Assembly (NCBI RefSeq): GCF_006345805.1
Contig: NW_021831833.1
Coordinates: 1-64,000 of the forward strand
Source of the DNA: Octopus sinensis
Lineage: Eukaryota
Reading direction: 5' to 3'
DNA length: 64,000 nucleotides
A program made the position numbers and the translations under genes. How positions within the stretch are numbered: the stretch's first letter is position 1; the number at the start of each line of letters is the position of its first letter. Positions 13,130-30,820 of the stretch are shown here, piece by piece. Under the pieces are notes generated by a model, which was not told the origin of the DNA, ran no database searches, and worked only from the letters and a program-made list of their open reading frames with translations.

Positions 13130-13865
13130 TATTTAGCATGAGTACGAACTGGTCTCGGTATTGTATTGCCTTAGTTTGTTTCGTTATGGATTCTGGCTTG
13201 AGTCATTTGTTGTATTACTATTTGTATTTTGTATTGTGTGTATAATGCGAATTGTGTTCTTTTGTTGGGTAGGTGACCTGTAGAATACATGTGTGGGGGG
13301 TTGTTTATTTGATTGGATATTTGCTGTATAGGGTGTGTCTTGAGTTTCTGGATTGTACTATTGAATTGATAGTGGCTTGCGTACGATGTGGGCCGTTCCT
13401 AACAGTGCTGTTTTTGGGATAGTGTGTAGTGTTGAGGGCCAAGGTATAGCATCTATGTTTTTGCTCATAAGCTTTTTCATCATACCCAGTACCCTAATTA
13501 CTAATGGTATTGTTTACACCTCCATGCCCCACATTTTGGCTACTTCAATTTCAAGATCTTTTTACTTTGCTATTTTCCACTTCTCTTTGGGTAATATTTT
13601 GGCCAGAAGAGACTGCAATGTCTCTCAGTAAACAGGTGTTTCTTTTCTTCTGTTTTCTAATCCTTGATATCATGTATGGGCGATTAGCTTTGATTTCTTT
13701 GTCAGTTTGAATAGGTATATCCCATATGATTGTGGACTGGTCGTTGTCATGCACTTTGTTTCACATATTTTTATACCATTTTTTGTTAGGTTTTATGTTG
13801 TGGGTTTGGCATATTGCCAAGTGAATAGTACTACTTACTCGGCCATGTCTGTAGAGTGTTATTAT
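13130..13865 (-). mobile_element. Dong/R4-clade retrotransposon 3' fragment (RLE domain), family 1
   Basis: TIIWDIPIQTDKEIKANRP, DLEIEVAKMW and ALLGTAHIVRK; degenerate. Confidence 0.8.
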
Positions 13866-13869
13866 TGTT

Positions 13870-13900
<31 letters not shown>

Positions 13901-13949
13901 ACATTTTTCGATTTTTATCATCATCCTCTTTATTATTATTATTATTATT

Positions 13950-16179
<2,230 letters not shown>

Positions 16180-16182
16180 CAT

Positions 16183-17248
<1,066 letters not shown>

Positions 17249-17249
17249 A

Positions 17250-17420
17250 AGCGACGAGCTGGCAGAATCGTTAGCACGCCAGACAAAATGCAGAGGATTT
17301 TGTCTGCCTTTACGTTCTGAGTTCAAATTCCACCGAAGCCGATAAGTACAAGTTGAATACTGGTTCGACGAAACCGACACGCCATCTCCCCTAAAATTTC
17401 AACTCTTGTGCTTATAATGA
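17250..17420 (+). mobile_element. SINE family A
   Basis: gcgacgagctggcagaatcgttagcacgcc head. Confidence 0.8.
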
Positions 17421-17689
17421 AAAGGAGGACTATTGTTATTGTAGTAATTATCATAATTATCATTTTTAATTAAGAAGCAATCTCGGTAGTTTTTAGAGGA
17501 GAGGGTAAAGTCAATATTATTAACAACTGCATTTGGCTGGATTTTTTTTTATGGATCTTAGAAGGATGAAAAGTAAAACTGACCACAGAGTTATCTGAAT
17601 CCAGAACACAAAGACCCAAAGTAAATACCGCAAGTTATTTTGTGGGACAGTCTACCGACGTAGGAAATCCATAATGTTAATAATAATGG

Positions 17690-18024
17690 AAAATGTCAAA
17701 AAGAATTATTATTACGCTTAGAAAATGCAATAAAATCACTGAAGGAGAGCAGAAATATATGGCATAAGGAAGTATTGAAATAGAAGAAACTGGAAGATAC
17801 AACTGGAAAAGAGGAAAATTAAGAAGATTTTAAGAACAAAAATTAAACAGAAGGAATATCATTAAAGTAATCAACACATGGACAATAATTATGTTAGAAT
17901 ATTCTTCGCTCTTCCATCAGCGGATGAAAAATGTTCTTGATGAAATGTTTAGACGAACCAGTTAACTGTTAACAACGCATAATGAATTACATTCGCGGAA
18001 GAGCATTATTAGACTGAATGCATG

Positions 18025-18082
<58 letters not shown>

Positions 18083-18710
18083 ATGTGTGTGTGTATGTGT
18101 GTGTATGCATTTATGTATGTGTGTATGCATATGTATGCGTGTGTGCGCGTGTGTAGAAAAGAGGAAGGTAGTGTACTGTTCAATGTAACTGAGACAGCAG
18201 TCTAGAGAGGTATATTAGGGTGAAATGAAGAGGTGTGTGTGTGTGTGTGCACGTGTGTGTGCGTGCGTATGTGTGTGTATGTATGTGTGTGTGTGTGTGT
18301 GCGTGTGTGTATGTGTGCGTGCGTGCGTGTGTTCGTGTAAAACCAGGAAGATCAATGGCGAATACATAGAAACAGAAAAGTATTACAAACAAAAGATTTT
18401 TTTTTTCAAAAAAGGGAGGCTGGAAAAATAGGAAGAAAAAGTGTTGCATGAGCGGTTTGTAAGGCAAACAAAAGATATAGGAGGAGAAGGAACAATGAGC
18501 TTACTGAAAGATGAAGGACTAAACAAGGAAAGAGAAACCCTGATTAATGACTGCACAAGGACAAGAGATTAAAGCAAACTGCGTTAAGCAAAATAAAAAT
18601 AAAAACAAAAATGGCATAAGCCAGATAGATAGTAAGTATGAGAAGGATCGAAAAGGAGATATAAATTTAGTTTGTGGAGTTAGCAAGATGACACAGAAAT
18701 AATATAAAAA
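17690..18710 (+). mobile_element. Very degenerate Dong/R4-like fragment interrupted by microsatellite
   Basis: Remnants resembling ILRTKLNRRNIIKVINTW and KVLHERFVRQT...ETLI.TAQ.Q across frameshifts. Confidence 0.45.
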
Positions 18711-18899
18711 TAATCTTTAAAAATAATACATAAATAATATAAAATTTGATAAACGTAAAAGACCCGATGGTTAGTTAATAGTAAATAAGAATGAAAAATG
18801 AGACTTGGGTGTTTCTGTTAACGAACGTTTTAAAGATCTTTTGATAACATGTTTTCCATAAGAGTCAATCTCATTAATTTTTCAGAAAATTTTATTGGA

Positions 18900-19480
18900 A
18901 ATCAGCACTCTTTTTTTTCCACTTTCACCTTCAAATGGAAGTGGAACTTCCATTCAAGAATTTGTAAAATCGACGGCTGTAGAGGAAAATGGACATTCTA
19001 ATCTTGTACGTCGCAAAATATCCTTCACCATGAACACAAACCACAGAAATACTACATAACTTTCACAGGCAGCTTGAATAATAATTTCCCTGCACGTTGA
19101 TAGAGCTAACTTCACAATTGACATGGCTGGCACCCGAATCCGTCCTTAACACGACAACAGCTGTTTGAATTAATTGCACAAGACAACATCGCTCGGTACT
19201 GAACGACAGTGCATAGAATAGTTTCGTTACTCTGTTCACATTTTATACAGACCCACCACCATTACCACTGAACCCCTGTATTCTGCCGGCATTACCAGGC
19301 CTCTAGAGTTTTAACCAAAACGATAAAACCTCCTTTAGTACTATCATGCCTGGAAGTTATGAAATATCAAAGGACTGAAAGTCTTCAAGAACAAACTTGG
19401 TGTGTGTGTCGAAACAAGAACAAACTGTCCAATTGGACATAGTCGATCCCTAGTTTCCCCGACAACCTTGCTACACCTCT
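18900..19480 (+). mobile_element. Possible Penelope-like RT/thumb remnant
   Basis: VEENGH..LVRRK.SFT and RIR..HDN..LI..TIAR-like patches across frameshifts; weak. Confidence 0.3.
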
Positions 19481-19569
19481 CCACTACTCAAAATATAAAG
19501 TGAGACGCACAAACGATGGTATTTTTCTGCAAAAAGAGAACCGATAGCGCCTGACAGCATTTCACAATA

Positions 19570-19760
19570 ATGGTTTCAAATTTTTGCACAAGGTCAGCAA
19601 TTTTTCGAGTAAGCACGAGTCAGTTACATCAACCCCAGTGTTCAACAGGTACTTGTTTTAATCGACCTCGAAAGGATGAAAAGCAAAGTCGACTTCAGCA
19701 GCATTTGAACTCAAAACGTACAGACGGACGAAGTGCTGCTAAGCATTTTGCCCGCCGTGC
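19570..19760 (-). mobile_element. SINE family A
   Basis: aatcgacctcgaaaggatgaaaagcaaagtcgac core. Confidence 0.75.
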
Positions 19761-19789
19761 ATTTCAAAATAACGAAACATTCAAAAAGA

Positions 19790-20881
19790 GAAATAGTATT
19801 TAGACCCATAAGCATTCTCCCTGGGGAGATCTTCGAATACCTCATTGATCTTATCTACCAAGTCTGCCTTGCTGTTGCAGGCAGAGAGGTTGGTGTCTTC
19901 ATGAACCGCATTCCACACATAGTTATCCATGGGATTACAATCGGGAGAATTAGGAGGCCAAAAATTGGGGCTGGTAAAATCGTAGAAATTCTTCGTCACT
20001 CACTTCTTACACTTACCCGCAGTATGTCAAAGAGCTGAATCCTGCTGCGACACATATAACCTTTCGTAGCAAGCTACATACAGTCTACATTAGCTTCGCA
20101 GCTGTCTGAATTGAGCCTAAGGCCTTGTTCAAAGATAAGAGGCGGTATGACCCTCACTGGAGGCACACCCGAATACCGTTACAGATCATGATACTTGGAA
20201 CATTACAGTAATTGTAGACAAGCAATTTGTTCTTCTAGGTGTTGGGCTACTGTCCTGGCAGAATTTCTCTTCATCTGAGAAGAAACAAATCATCTCCGGC
20301 TCAACAGGATGCATCAGGTTGTTAAGGAACTTCTTTGCCTTCATCAAAAGCTTCTCCTTGGCCCTAGCGGTCAGAACTTGTCTCTTGTGAATCTTGTATG
20401 AGTGGTAGCAAAGGTTCTCATTCAGGGCTAGCTTCAGGGTGGCGACTCCAACGCCCATCTCTCTTACCAAAGCACGGATTCTTTTACTCGGATCTTCTAT
20501 CGCCTTGTCCTGCATTTGTTGGATAAACTCCGGTTTGCAAACACAGTCAGAACACCTGCTGTGACCCTTCATGATGGCCACAGGTTTGTAGTCTCCGTTG
20601 CAGCCGTCCATATCACTGCTTGCAGCCCTTACAGTGTCCACAGAACACTGAGTAGCAGTCATGACGTCGGCATTTTGATATGCGGCACGAATGATCATGA
20701 TACAGGTGACTCTTCTCCAATATTCAGATGTCTTCCAGTCCTCCATATCAGCTAATTTTTTCTCAGTTCTATATTTAATCATTATGCGATCCAATACCGT
20801 TGAATGTTCAGCAATATAATAAACTGTTCCTGAAGAAAGAAGGCGTAGCAAAGTGTCAAATTTAGTCCGAACACCTTCTAT
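19790..20881 (-). mobile_element. DD37D (maT-type) Tc1/mariner transposase pseudogene
   Basis: FSDEEKFCQD (D 20275-20273), QQDSA (D 20041-20039) and WPPNSPDCNPMD (D 19927-19925); 37 codons between D2 and D3; internal stops. Confidence 0.85.
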
Positions 20882-20927
20882 GTAATGAATACATATAGAT
20901 ATTTATATTTAAATATGTATGTACTAA

Positions 20928-21181
20928 GGTTATCGCATTTACAGCCTTAAGTCTATATTAATGTTTATTACGGAAATTGAGTAAACGTGGACATTTTTTT
21001 ATTAGATTTCAATTCATATCTACTACGGAGAAAACAATAAATATAGAAGATTATTATTAGTTAATTTAAACAATTTTTTTTTATATCAATTAATTTAAAT
21101 AAATAGAAAAGCTATTGTACTGGAGATGTCATTGCTTAAATATTTTTTGTTGCAGTTATACACAGGGGAAAACTTAGATAC

Positions 21182-21213
<32 letters not shown>

Positions 21214-21230
21214 CTTATTGTTGTATGTTG
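20928..21230. repeat. Unclassified interspersed repeat, copy 2
   Basis: Colinear with 2653-2978, with short internal deletions. Confidence 0.85.
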
Positions 21231-21698
21231 TGGTGACAAGGGACTATCTTGGATATGAAAGGGTTTCGATTGGTGTGTGTTTGAGATGTAATGAAGTGAA
21301 TTTCGATGGTTGTGGATTGCACATACTTGGTTGTATCGTCCGTTAGAGTGTTTTTGTTGTTTTTTTAATTGTAATTGATGCATGATTGAATGGTTAACGC
21401 TCACGCTCATAATACATAGACATTTGAATTAACTTTTACAATCCAGCCGCCCTTCTACGAGGAATTTCATCTTTCTTTAAACCATGATCTTGAAGTGACT
21501 TATATATAAGGGAACTGTTATTTTGTATGTATATCAGAAAATGTATATAAGTCGAAACAATTTGTTGGCCTTTTATGCTTTTTTTAAATAATTGTTTGTT
21601 ATATAATAATATGTTGTCTTATATTCATAGTATATCATGTAATATTGTAATATAAATAAATTATTGGAGTGTCAATAATATCTCTCTATTTAATTTAT

Positions 21699-21776
<78 letters not shown>

Positions 21777-22173
21777 ATCAAGAACAATCTTTATTCTCCT
21801 TGTCCTGTCTTTTACTGTCCTGTTTTTGTTACCATTCTTACCCCTCCGCAAAAAGATCTCAAATTTTATTTAATTTGCTTTTCGCGGGAAGGAAAGTTTC
21901 TATCGAAGATGCGTATCGCCTTCACCTTCGAAACGCAGAGTAGATGGCGACTGAAGAAGGGGAATTGTCCTTGTTTTATTTGTCCTGTACTCTATTTTTT
22001 CGTTGTTTAAGAAAAATGTCCAGTTCCTTGGTTTTGTGTTTATGTTTTCGTTTCTCATTGTGTTCGACGTTTTTTTTTTTTTGGTGTCCTGTACCCATAT
22101 ATGCATGTATATATACATGTAGAGGTAGGTACGTACATATATGTATGTATATATGCATATGTTTTATTTATTA

Positions 22174-22247
<74 letters not shown>

Positions 22248-22848
22248 TGTATGTATGTATGTATACACACATACGCACACATATGTATGTCAGCAAAATA
22301 TTCTCGTCCCAAGTTTTTTTATCAAGAAATGTTTAGGATAAGTTCAGTTGTCATTGCTAGTGCGCAGCACAATTCATCATAATATATGGCAAAGGTTGAA
22401 TCCTACAACAGCTAATCACTGATAATTACGACGTCATAAACTCTTTGCGTTAAGCAGCGACATCAAAGCATTGGCTCATTATATGCAAGGATACAGTCGG
22501 TTTAAACTACTTAGACATATTTCTTTTTGTAAGTGGGGAAATATGTAATATACACAAATTTATGTATATAAATACATATTGATAGAGTGAAAGAGAAACC
22601 GAGAGAGAGAAACACAAGCAAAAACACACGCTTATATTTGCTTGCTCTGTGTGCAGATTCGTAGGTATTTATATGCTTAGAAGTTAAGTGACTAAGCTGT
22701 GTGTGTGTGTGTATGTGTGCGTATGTGTGTGTGTCCATATGTATATCCATATGTATAGCTAGGTAGATAGATAGGTGCATACATGCATATATATTTATAC
22801 ACATATATGTAAATACTATATATGTCGTTATGTATATATATATATATA

Positions 22849-23911
<1,063 letters not shown>

Positions 23912-23999
23912 AATATATATTATATACAGAAATAATGGGTTATATACATTTATTTATTTCCTACAGGGTCTAAGTAAATTTGTTATATATATATATATG

Positions 24000-24190
24000 G
24001 GGACAACCAGATCGAACCATCTCAAGTGTAACTGTCCGAAATGGTCGTGACTTCTGGTACTTGACTGAAGAAAGAAAGCCAAGAATGACCCGTCTTTTTT
24101 GCCTGTCCTAATTGCTGCTTCTCTTGTCCGCCTTTGTGTCGTGTTTCTGTCCGAACGTTTTAATATCCTCTATTGCGTTTTTGTTCCATA
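24000..24190. repeat. Interspersed repeat (family H), related to 48500-48700 and 55670-55825
   Basis: Shared atctcaag...cttgactgaaga...gaatgacccgtc; (TA)n context. Confidence 0.6.
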
Positions 24191-25148
24191 TATGTGTGTG
24201 TGTGTGTGTGTGTGCGCACGCGCGTGTGTATGCATGTATATTCAGATACATATATGTATATGATTGTGTGTGCTAATAATAATATTTAGCTGCAGTAACA
24301 GTGACTCAAAGCCGGAGAGTTTCGTGCGTTGGCACACTAAAATCCACCATATGCAATGTTACACAATATAACCAAACATTTGAGTTGTTTGTTCATGTGT
24401 GCGTGCGTGTGTTTGTGCCTGTATGTGCATGTATTCGTGTGCGTTTGTGTATGTGTTTGAGTCGATTCTTGTGTGTACGGAAAATATGAGTATCCAAATT
24501 ACTGTATTTTCTCTTAGCCTAAGAAACGTCTTGATTTTTCCCAGGCTATGATGAAGACTTGTATTCTATGCAATTCATACGAGTTTTCTGAAGTTGAAGA
24601 TTTTATTCTGTATGAGAGAGAAAAGTAGGTGTTCTTTAGAGACGTGGCTCTAGGGAATTGGGACCAGTTACAGTATTTAGAGTATGAATTATAAAAGAAA
24701 GCATACTAGGAAACGTATTATAATACAAGAGATACAGAAGGAAGTTAAATATAAAAATGAGACTGATATAGAGGAAGTATGAGAGAGTAGGAGAGCGTGG
24801 AGTCTGTCTATTGAAATTCAGAGAGGAGTAGGAGAGGGTTTAGAAACGTGAGAGAAGAAGAAATCGTTTTATTATGAACTTAAATAGGAATGAGGATGAC
24901 CAGGTTTAGGTGTGGAGGCTGGTTGGATAAAGACTTGTATATCAGGCGCACAGCATTTAATGGGATGCTGTTCAGTGTCTATGTGCATATATGTGTGTTA
25001 ATATGTGTGTGTGAATGCGCGTATATGTCTTGACTGTCCAGTCTACGTGTGTGTGTGAGTGTGGACTGACAAGTGTAATTGCATGCATATTGACTGACCA
25101 ATGTAAGTGTGTGTGTATTGACCGTTCACTGTAAGCTTTGTATGCGTG

Positions 25149-25244
<96 letters not shown>

Positions 25245-25470
25245 TAGAGTGACTAAATATATCTGCGTAGACCAGTGTAAGAGCGCGTAGAGGATCCGGT
25301 CTAAATGTATGTGAGTAGCCTTTTCTGTGTAAAAGTGAGTGTATAAACTGTCTTCTCTTTGTGTGCAGATTCATTAGTGTGTGTGTATACTCATGTAAAC
25401 TGATACGTTTACATGTGTGTTTGTAGATTTTCTTGTGTGTGGGATTTTACATTGAACTGTGTATGTGTGA

Positions 25471-25502
<32 letters not shown>

Positions 25503-25986
25503 ATGTCTATGCAATCTGACCACTCTATGTAAATGAGTCTGCGCACTGATCGGTCTAAATATGTGTGTGTGTGGGGGGCTATCTGTATGTGTGTATGTCA
25601 GACTATTCTGTGTAAGTGCTTGTGTATATGTCTGTATGTGTTTATGTGTGTGTATAGACTGGCTATTGCGCATATGCTGCTTGGCCTGTCCAGCGTAGTT
25701 TTGTGTGTGTACACTGACCAATATAAGTGTGTATGCGTGTGCACGTATAGAGAATATTTTCTATAATAGTTGTGTGTGCGCGCTTGCGTGTGCATTGTCC
25801 ATTGTGTGTGCGTTTGTGTGTGAGTCTCTTTGTAGCCTGATCTGGGTATGCGTGTTAGTACGTCAGTATGCGTGTGAGCACGTGTGTTGACTACGCTCTG
25901 TTAGTATGTTTGTGTGTCTAGACAATCCTGTATAAGTGTGTATGTGCGCATAGTGACTAATGTGTGTGCGTGTGTATGCGTATATA

Positions 25987-26025
<39 letters not shown>

Positions 26026-26140
26026 CTACGTAGCAAATGTGTCCTTTCATGGTTATCTGGTAATTTACTGACTCACTGCGTATATCCGGTCTCTGTGGTT
26101 CTGGATACAAACATGTGGCGAGGATACAAGTTGATTCCAG

Positions 26141-26248
26141 GTATTCGCTGCTTCATTCGAGATCAGGACCGGTGGAACCAAATCTGAAGAGGCTCCAAAA
26201 AGAGCATTCACTCTTTTAATGGACACAATATACGCAGGATTGGCACAG
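26141..26248 (+). CDS. Candidate isolated 108-nt coding exon, unknown gene
   Basis: ttgattccag|GTA...CAG|gtagac; open phase-0/0 frame VFAASFEIRTGGTKSEEAPKRAFTLLMDTIYAGLAQ in non-repeat-looking sequence. The pyrimidine tract is weak. Confidence 0.3.
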
Positions 26249-26599
26249 GTAGACTTGTTTTTCATCGTTCTGACCAGTCATTAGGCAAAGAAATAGATTT
26301 CAAATCAGCCCAGTTATTCACCTGAAAAACCTTTGAAATCGGTGGTTTTGTCATAGTCAGGAGATCATTGTGGTTGTGGAATTTTATATATGTTTATATG
26401 CCATGTGGAAAAAGAAATATAAATTATCAGTGCCTGCAAATACTTTCACCCTACGACAGATGCAATTTTATTGTGAATCCTCATGTTATTACCGTCGCAG
26501 ACTGGTGAGTTCACTGTAAATTTCGATTGATTTTTTAATAAATATATTGATCTCTCAGATTCATAGGTTCGAACACATTCACCCAGGTACATTCGACCA

Positions 26600-29500
26600 T
26601 TTTTGCCACCTCATCAATATATCAACATTATGGTCTCACACGGACTCACGAATACACAACGTCTGTAATAAACAAAAGTGGTCTCAGAGTGAAATCAACA
26701 TTCTCGTAAATCTATGGAATTGTCTTTCCCTAACTGGAAACATAGATGTTACATGTCTGAATTCTATTGCCAAAAAGGACATTCCAGCTGGACAATAACC
26801 AACTGGAGAAACAAATACAGAATACACTATAAACATATTGAAATCTCGTTTCAATTAATTTACAGGCATTTTGAGAAATTTCAACATGCATTTTCTCCAA
26901 CTACAGTACAACAACAATAACAATAAGAAAAAAACGATGACGACGGCAAAAACAACATGAACATGATCAGTAGCCGCTGTCAATCCTCAAACCTAACACA
27001 AATGATGACGTATTAAACTCCACAATCAACATGCCCTCACAAGTCCGACTATCCACATTCCTAATTTCCTCAGAATATCACAACTAACCAATCATCACCA
27101 CCACTGTCATCATGTTCTACAGCTACTACCATTATCACTACCAAACAATAACAACAATAACATCAACAGCCAAGTCACACCTTAATACTAATGCAATTGG
27201 TGACCTATTGAACTACACAGGGTCTCAAATTCCACCCTTTCCCAGAATAACACATGAGCTCCATCATCACTATTGTCATCCTATTAACACAGATACTCTT
27301 CCAATTAGTGAAGAATCACTCCCACTGTTCACCTCAATCTGAATGTATTCCTCACAGCCCCATGATAAATCTGCCAACTGTAAAAATGTAAAATCTACGA
27401 ATACATGAAACCCCCAAATATGTCACTATTCTCAACGTGAAAGGCAAGGCACACGCAGTGACTGCAACTGCACCCGTTTATCTGGGCCAAAACGCATAAT
27501 TCGTACAAGCAAAACTAGTCAGTGCCAAAGCATATGTCTCACACCACCACACCCACCAAATACTAAATCAAACTTCTTCGCGTGTAACCCAGAATCCTAA
27601 AATCTGCCGCTATTCCTAGTGCGAGAGATTATCTCTGAAACATGATTAATCTTCACTAATCTTCCAGGGACTCGACGCACGATTAAAGTTATGACTCGAA
27701 GCCACCATCAAATCCCACCCAGGAAAAGCATCCCCTATAGTGGCAGTGTTGGTCCAGACTTTTTCTCAAACTCAGAAGTCACTCAGACATCCACCGAGTC
27801 CAACAGTAAAATCAACAGCCCCAAACCAGATAGCCATAACTATATCCATCAGTGCAGTCATAACAAATCCAGGTACCAACCCCTTCCAAAATAAAGAAAA
27901 TTCACGTCCCTGGCCATGATGAATCTGGCAAAAGAAAAGCAAAGAACCTTTTAGTTCTTACACCTCAGTGCACAAATACACACCATTGCTGTCATTAACC
28001 TACAAACCCAACTCAATAATACAGTTGACTGCATAATGTCTTTCACACTTCACAGTTCGAAGATAAGGATCATATCTTAGAGACCTTGGACACAGAGAAA
28101 AGCCAATATGTGTAGCACTAAGTGAAACCCACCAGACCCTAGATATATTAAATGCGGAAGTACATAAGCCAGATTATGTTCTACACAGAACTGTCCGCAG
28201 GATACGGAAACAAGTAGCGCTCAACATAAGTGGAGATCTAGTAACAAATGTCCTTCTTTCTTATTCCACCACAGTGTGCGATGTACTAGTAATGAATGTG
28301 GTCGGCCTCAGTTTGATTATAGGTATTCCCTACCGTACTCCTGATGCGACAAACCACAGAGATGACTTGAAGGATGTTATGTCGCTTATAAATCAAACCC
28401 CAAGTGAGGTCAGTCAACTCACAGGCCAATATACGTTTAACAGGCAAATTTTATTTCCCTAATCTCAACTGGTTTGTGGGCTGTGTCCAATCTGGAACTA
28501 ACCAACAGAACGTTCTCCTCGATACCGATAAAGACGTCTTCACGCAAAAAGATATTACCTCTCAAACTAAGGGAAATATATTACGCGACTTAGTCTTTAC
28601 CACAATTGAAAACTTCATTCACAATGGTCAGGTCATTCCAATAGCTATTTCTGATCACAGCATTATACAATTATCAATATATGGTTCAAAGAGAGCAACA
28701 CAGATAAAGAGCATCAAACATTACTCTCTCCTCATGAACTTAAATTTCAGGAAAGCCAGGTGGAAGGAAATTGAAATTAAAATCCTCAAAACACACTGGT
28801 CTCAGCATATTGACAAACTCAGTGTTATCGAGGGAACGAAGTTTATGTACGAAGAGTTAATCAAAATCTATCGAAAGCATATCCCATATAAACTTGCCCA
28901 TTCCTGCAAGAAACTGATTCCACGTGATTGCCGGATACTAATGCGTAACAAAACAAAACTAACAAAGCATCTAAAGAAAAAAAGAACAAAGATCTCTGAA
29001 CAAATGAAATTGCTAAAAAAAAAAAAGAGAATAGAAAAACATTGATTTGAACCTAAAAATATCGTATGGAAAAGAAACTTCGTTGAAGGAACACCGAGCA
29101 GTTCGTTTTCCCACTTTGCTAAACAAACGTCATCTACACATAACCAGACTGACCCTCTAATAGACCAAAATGGATCATATACTAATGAGTCATCTTCTCA
29201 GCCCAAATCCAACAAAATGCTAAATAACCCAAACAAATTCTTTGATCTCCAGATTTCAGTTGCAGAGTCTCGACGATAGATTAATGAAATTACAGATGAT
29301 ATACTTGCAGCTATTAATGACCTAAATTCAAACTCAGCATCTGGATCAGATGGTCTCCCAACTATATTGCTCAAAACGTGCAAAAACAGCCTCGCCAAGC
29401 AATTAAAGATGCTATTTCAAAAGCCGCTAGATACCGGCATATTCCCAGAAATGCTGAAAGACGCAGTAGTAACACCTATACACAAAAGAGATAGCAGGGC

Positions 29501-30820
29501 AGGTTCTCTCACATCTCGCACATCTAAAATTGTCGAACGCGTTGTCCAAAAAGAATAATGAAGTACTTTGAGGGAAACAACCTCTTAGATACTATACAAC
29601 ATGATTTTCGGATTGGACGACATTGCCTGTCACAACTATTACAGCACCATAACACTTTTCTCCATAATCTCTTGAGAGGAATGAACACTGACTGTATATA
29701 CCTTGAATTTGCTTAAGCGCTACACAAGATTGATCATGGAATCATCTGTCATAGGATAAGGGATCTTGGTATCACAAGAAAACTCGGAGAATGGCTCTTT
29801 GACTTCTTATGGGTTAGGAATCAATTTGCTGCTGCAAATGGTTCTCTCTCTGCAAAGTCACTTGTAAAAAGTGATGTACCTCAGGACATGGTTCTAGGAC
29901 CATTATAATTTATCATCATCCTGCCAAGTACAAGCTCACAAGTGAACTCGGCCAACCTGACGAGCTACGCCGATGATATAAAAATATCGATAGCTATCCA
30001 AACTCTAAAATGAGCTAAACTTCATTTATCAATGGGTAGATAAAAGCAATATGAAATTTAATTCATTAAAATTTCAGGTTCTGCTTTACGGAGGGAATAC
30101 ACACCAATCAAATTATTTGACTTCAGATATCATAATGATTCAGAGCAATACGAGACTAAGGAGTAATCCCGTCAAATGATGCATCTTTCCTCAGCCACAT
30201 TACCAAACTGAACTCTAAATTCAGACATCTGATAAGATGGTAAGATGGATCCAACGAACCTTCGTGACAAGAGAACCGGTTGTTATACAGAATCTATGGA
30301 AAACTTTAGTTCTGAGCAGACAAGCTTACTGCTCACAGCTTTGGTCTCTGAACTCATCCGGTCTCATAGAAGAGACTGAAGGCTTACAAAGAACGTTCTC
30401 CAGTACAATAAATTCGGCTAAAATCTTTAATTATTGGAAACGTTTGAAAGCTCTGCGTTTCTATTTTCTTTATCATATACGTATGGAAAATCCTAGATGG
30501 GTATATTCCATGCTTCTGCATTAGAGAGAATTTTCGTGCACAAACTGGAAGTCACAGTTGGCTTTCAAATAAACACCTATGAAAATACGAGCGAAAACAC
30601 TATTGTACCAGTCTGATATTTAAGGATCCCCCATTATTTAACTGCCTAGCTAAAGGAAGCTGAAATATAAAAGAGATCTCAACTGAAAGATAAAAAAAAA
30701 TCATTGGATAAGCACCTAACGACGATACGGAACCAGCCAACCATTCAAGGATACACTCAGGGAAGATCAACAGCTACAATCTCAACCATAGACCAACTTT
30801 CAGCCATAAACTAAAAGAAA
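26600..30820 (+). mobile_element. Decayed long CR1-group LINE (ORF1 region, APE endonuclease, RT)
   Basis: ALSETH, YRTPD, DLVFT..ISDHSII, NLNFRKARW, SASGSDGLP (~29335), VPQDMVLGP (~29876), SYADD (~29963) and TLVLSR.AYCSQLWS; many stops and frameshifts. Confidence 0.85.

Noticed and set aside
12690-13245. Long poly-S/L/I/E/R ORFs
   Set aside because: Trinucleotide repeat artefacts; likewise 16725-17320, 42735-43594 and 54213-54527.
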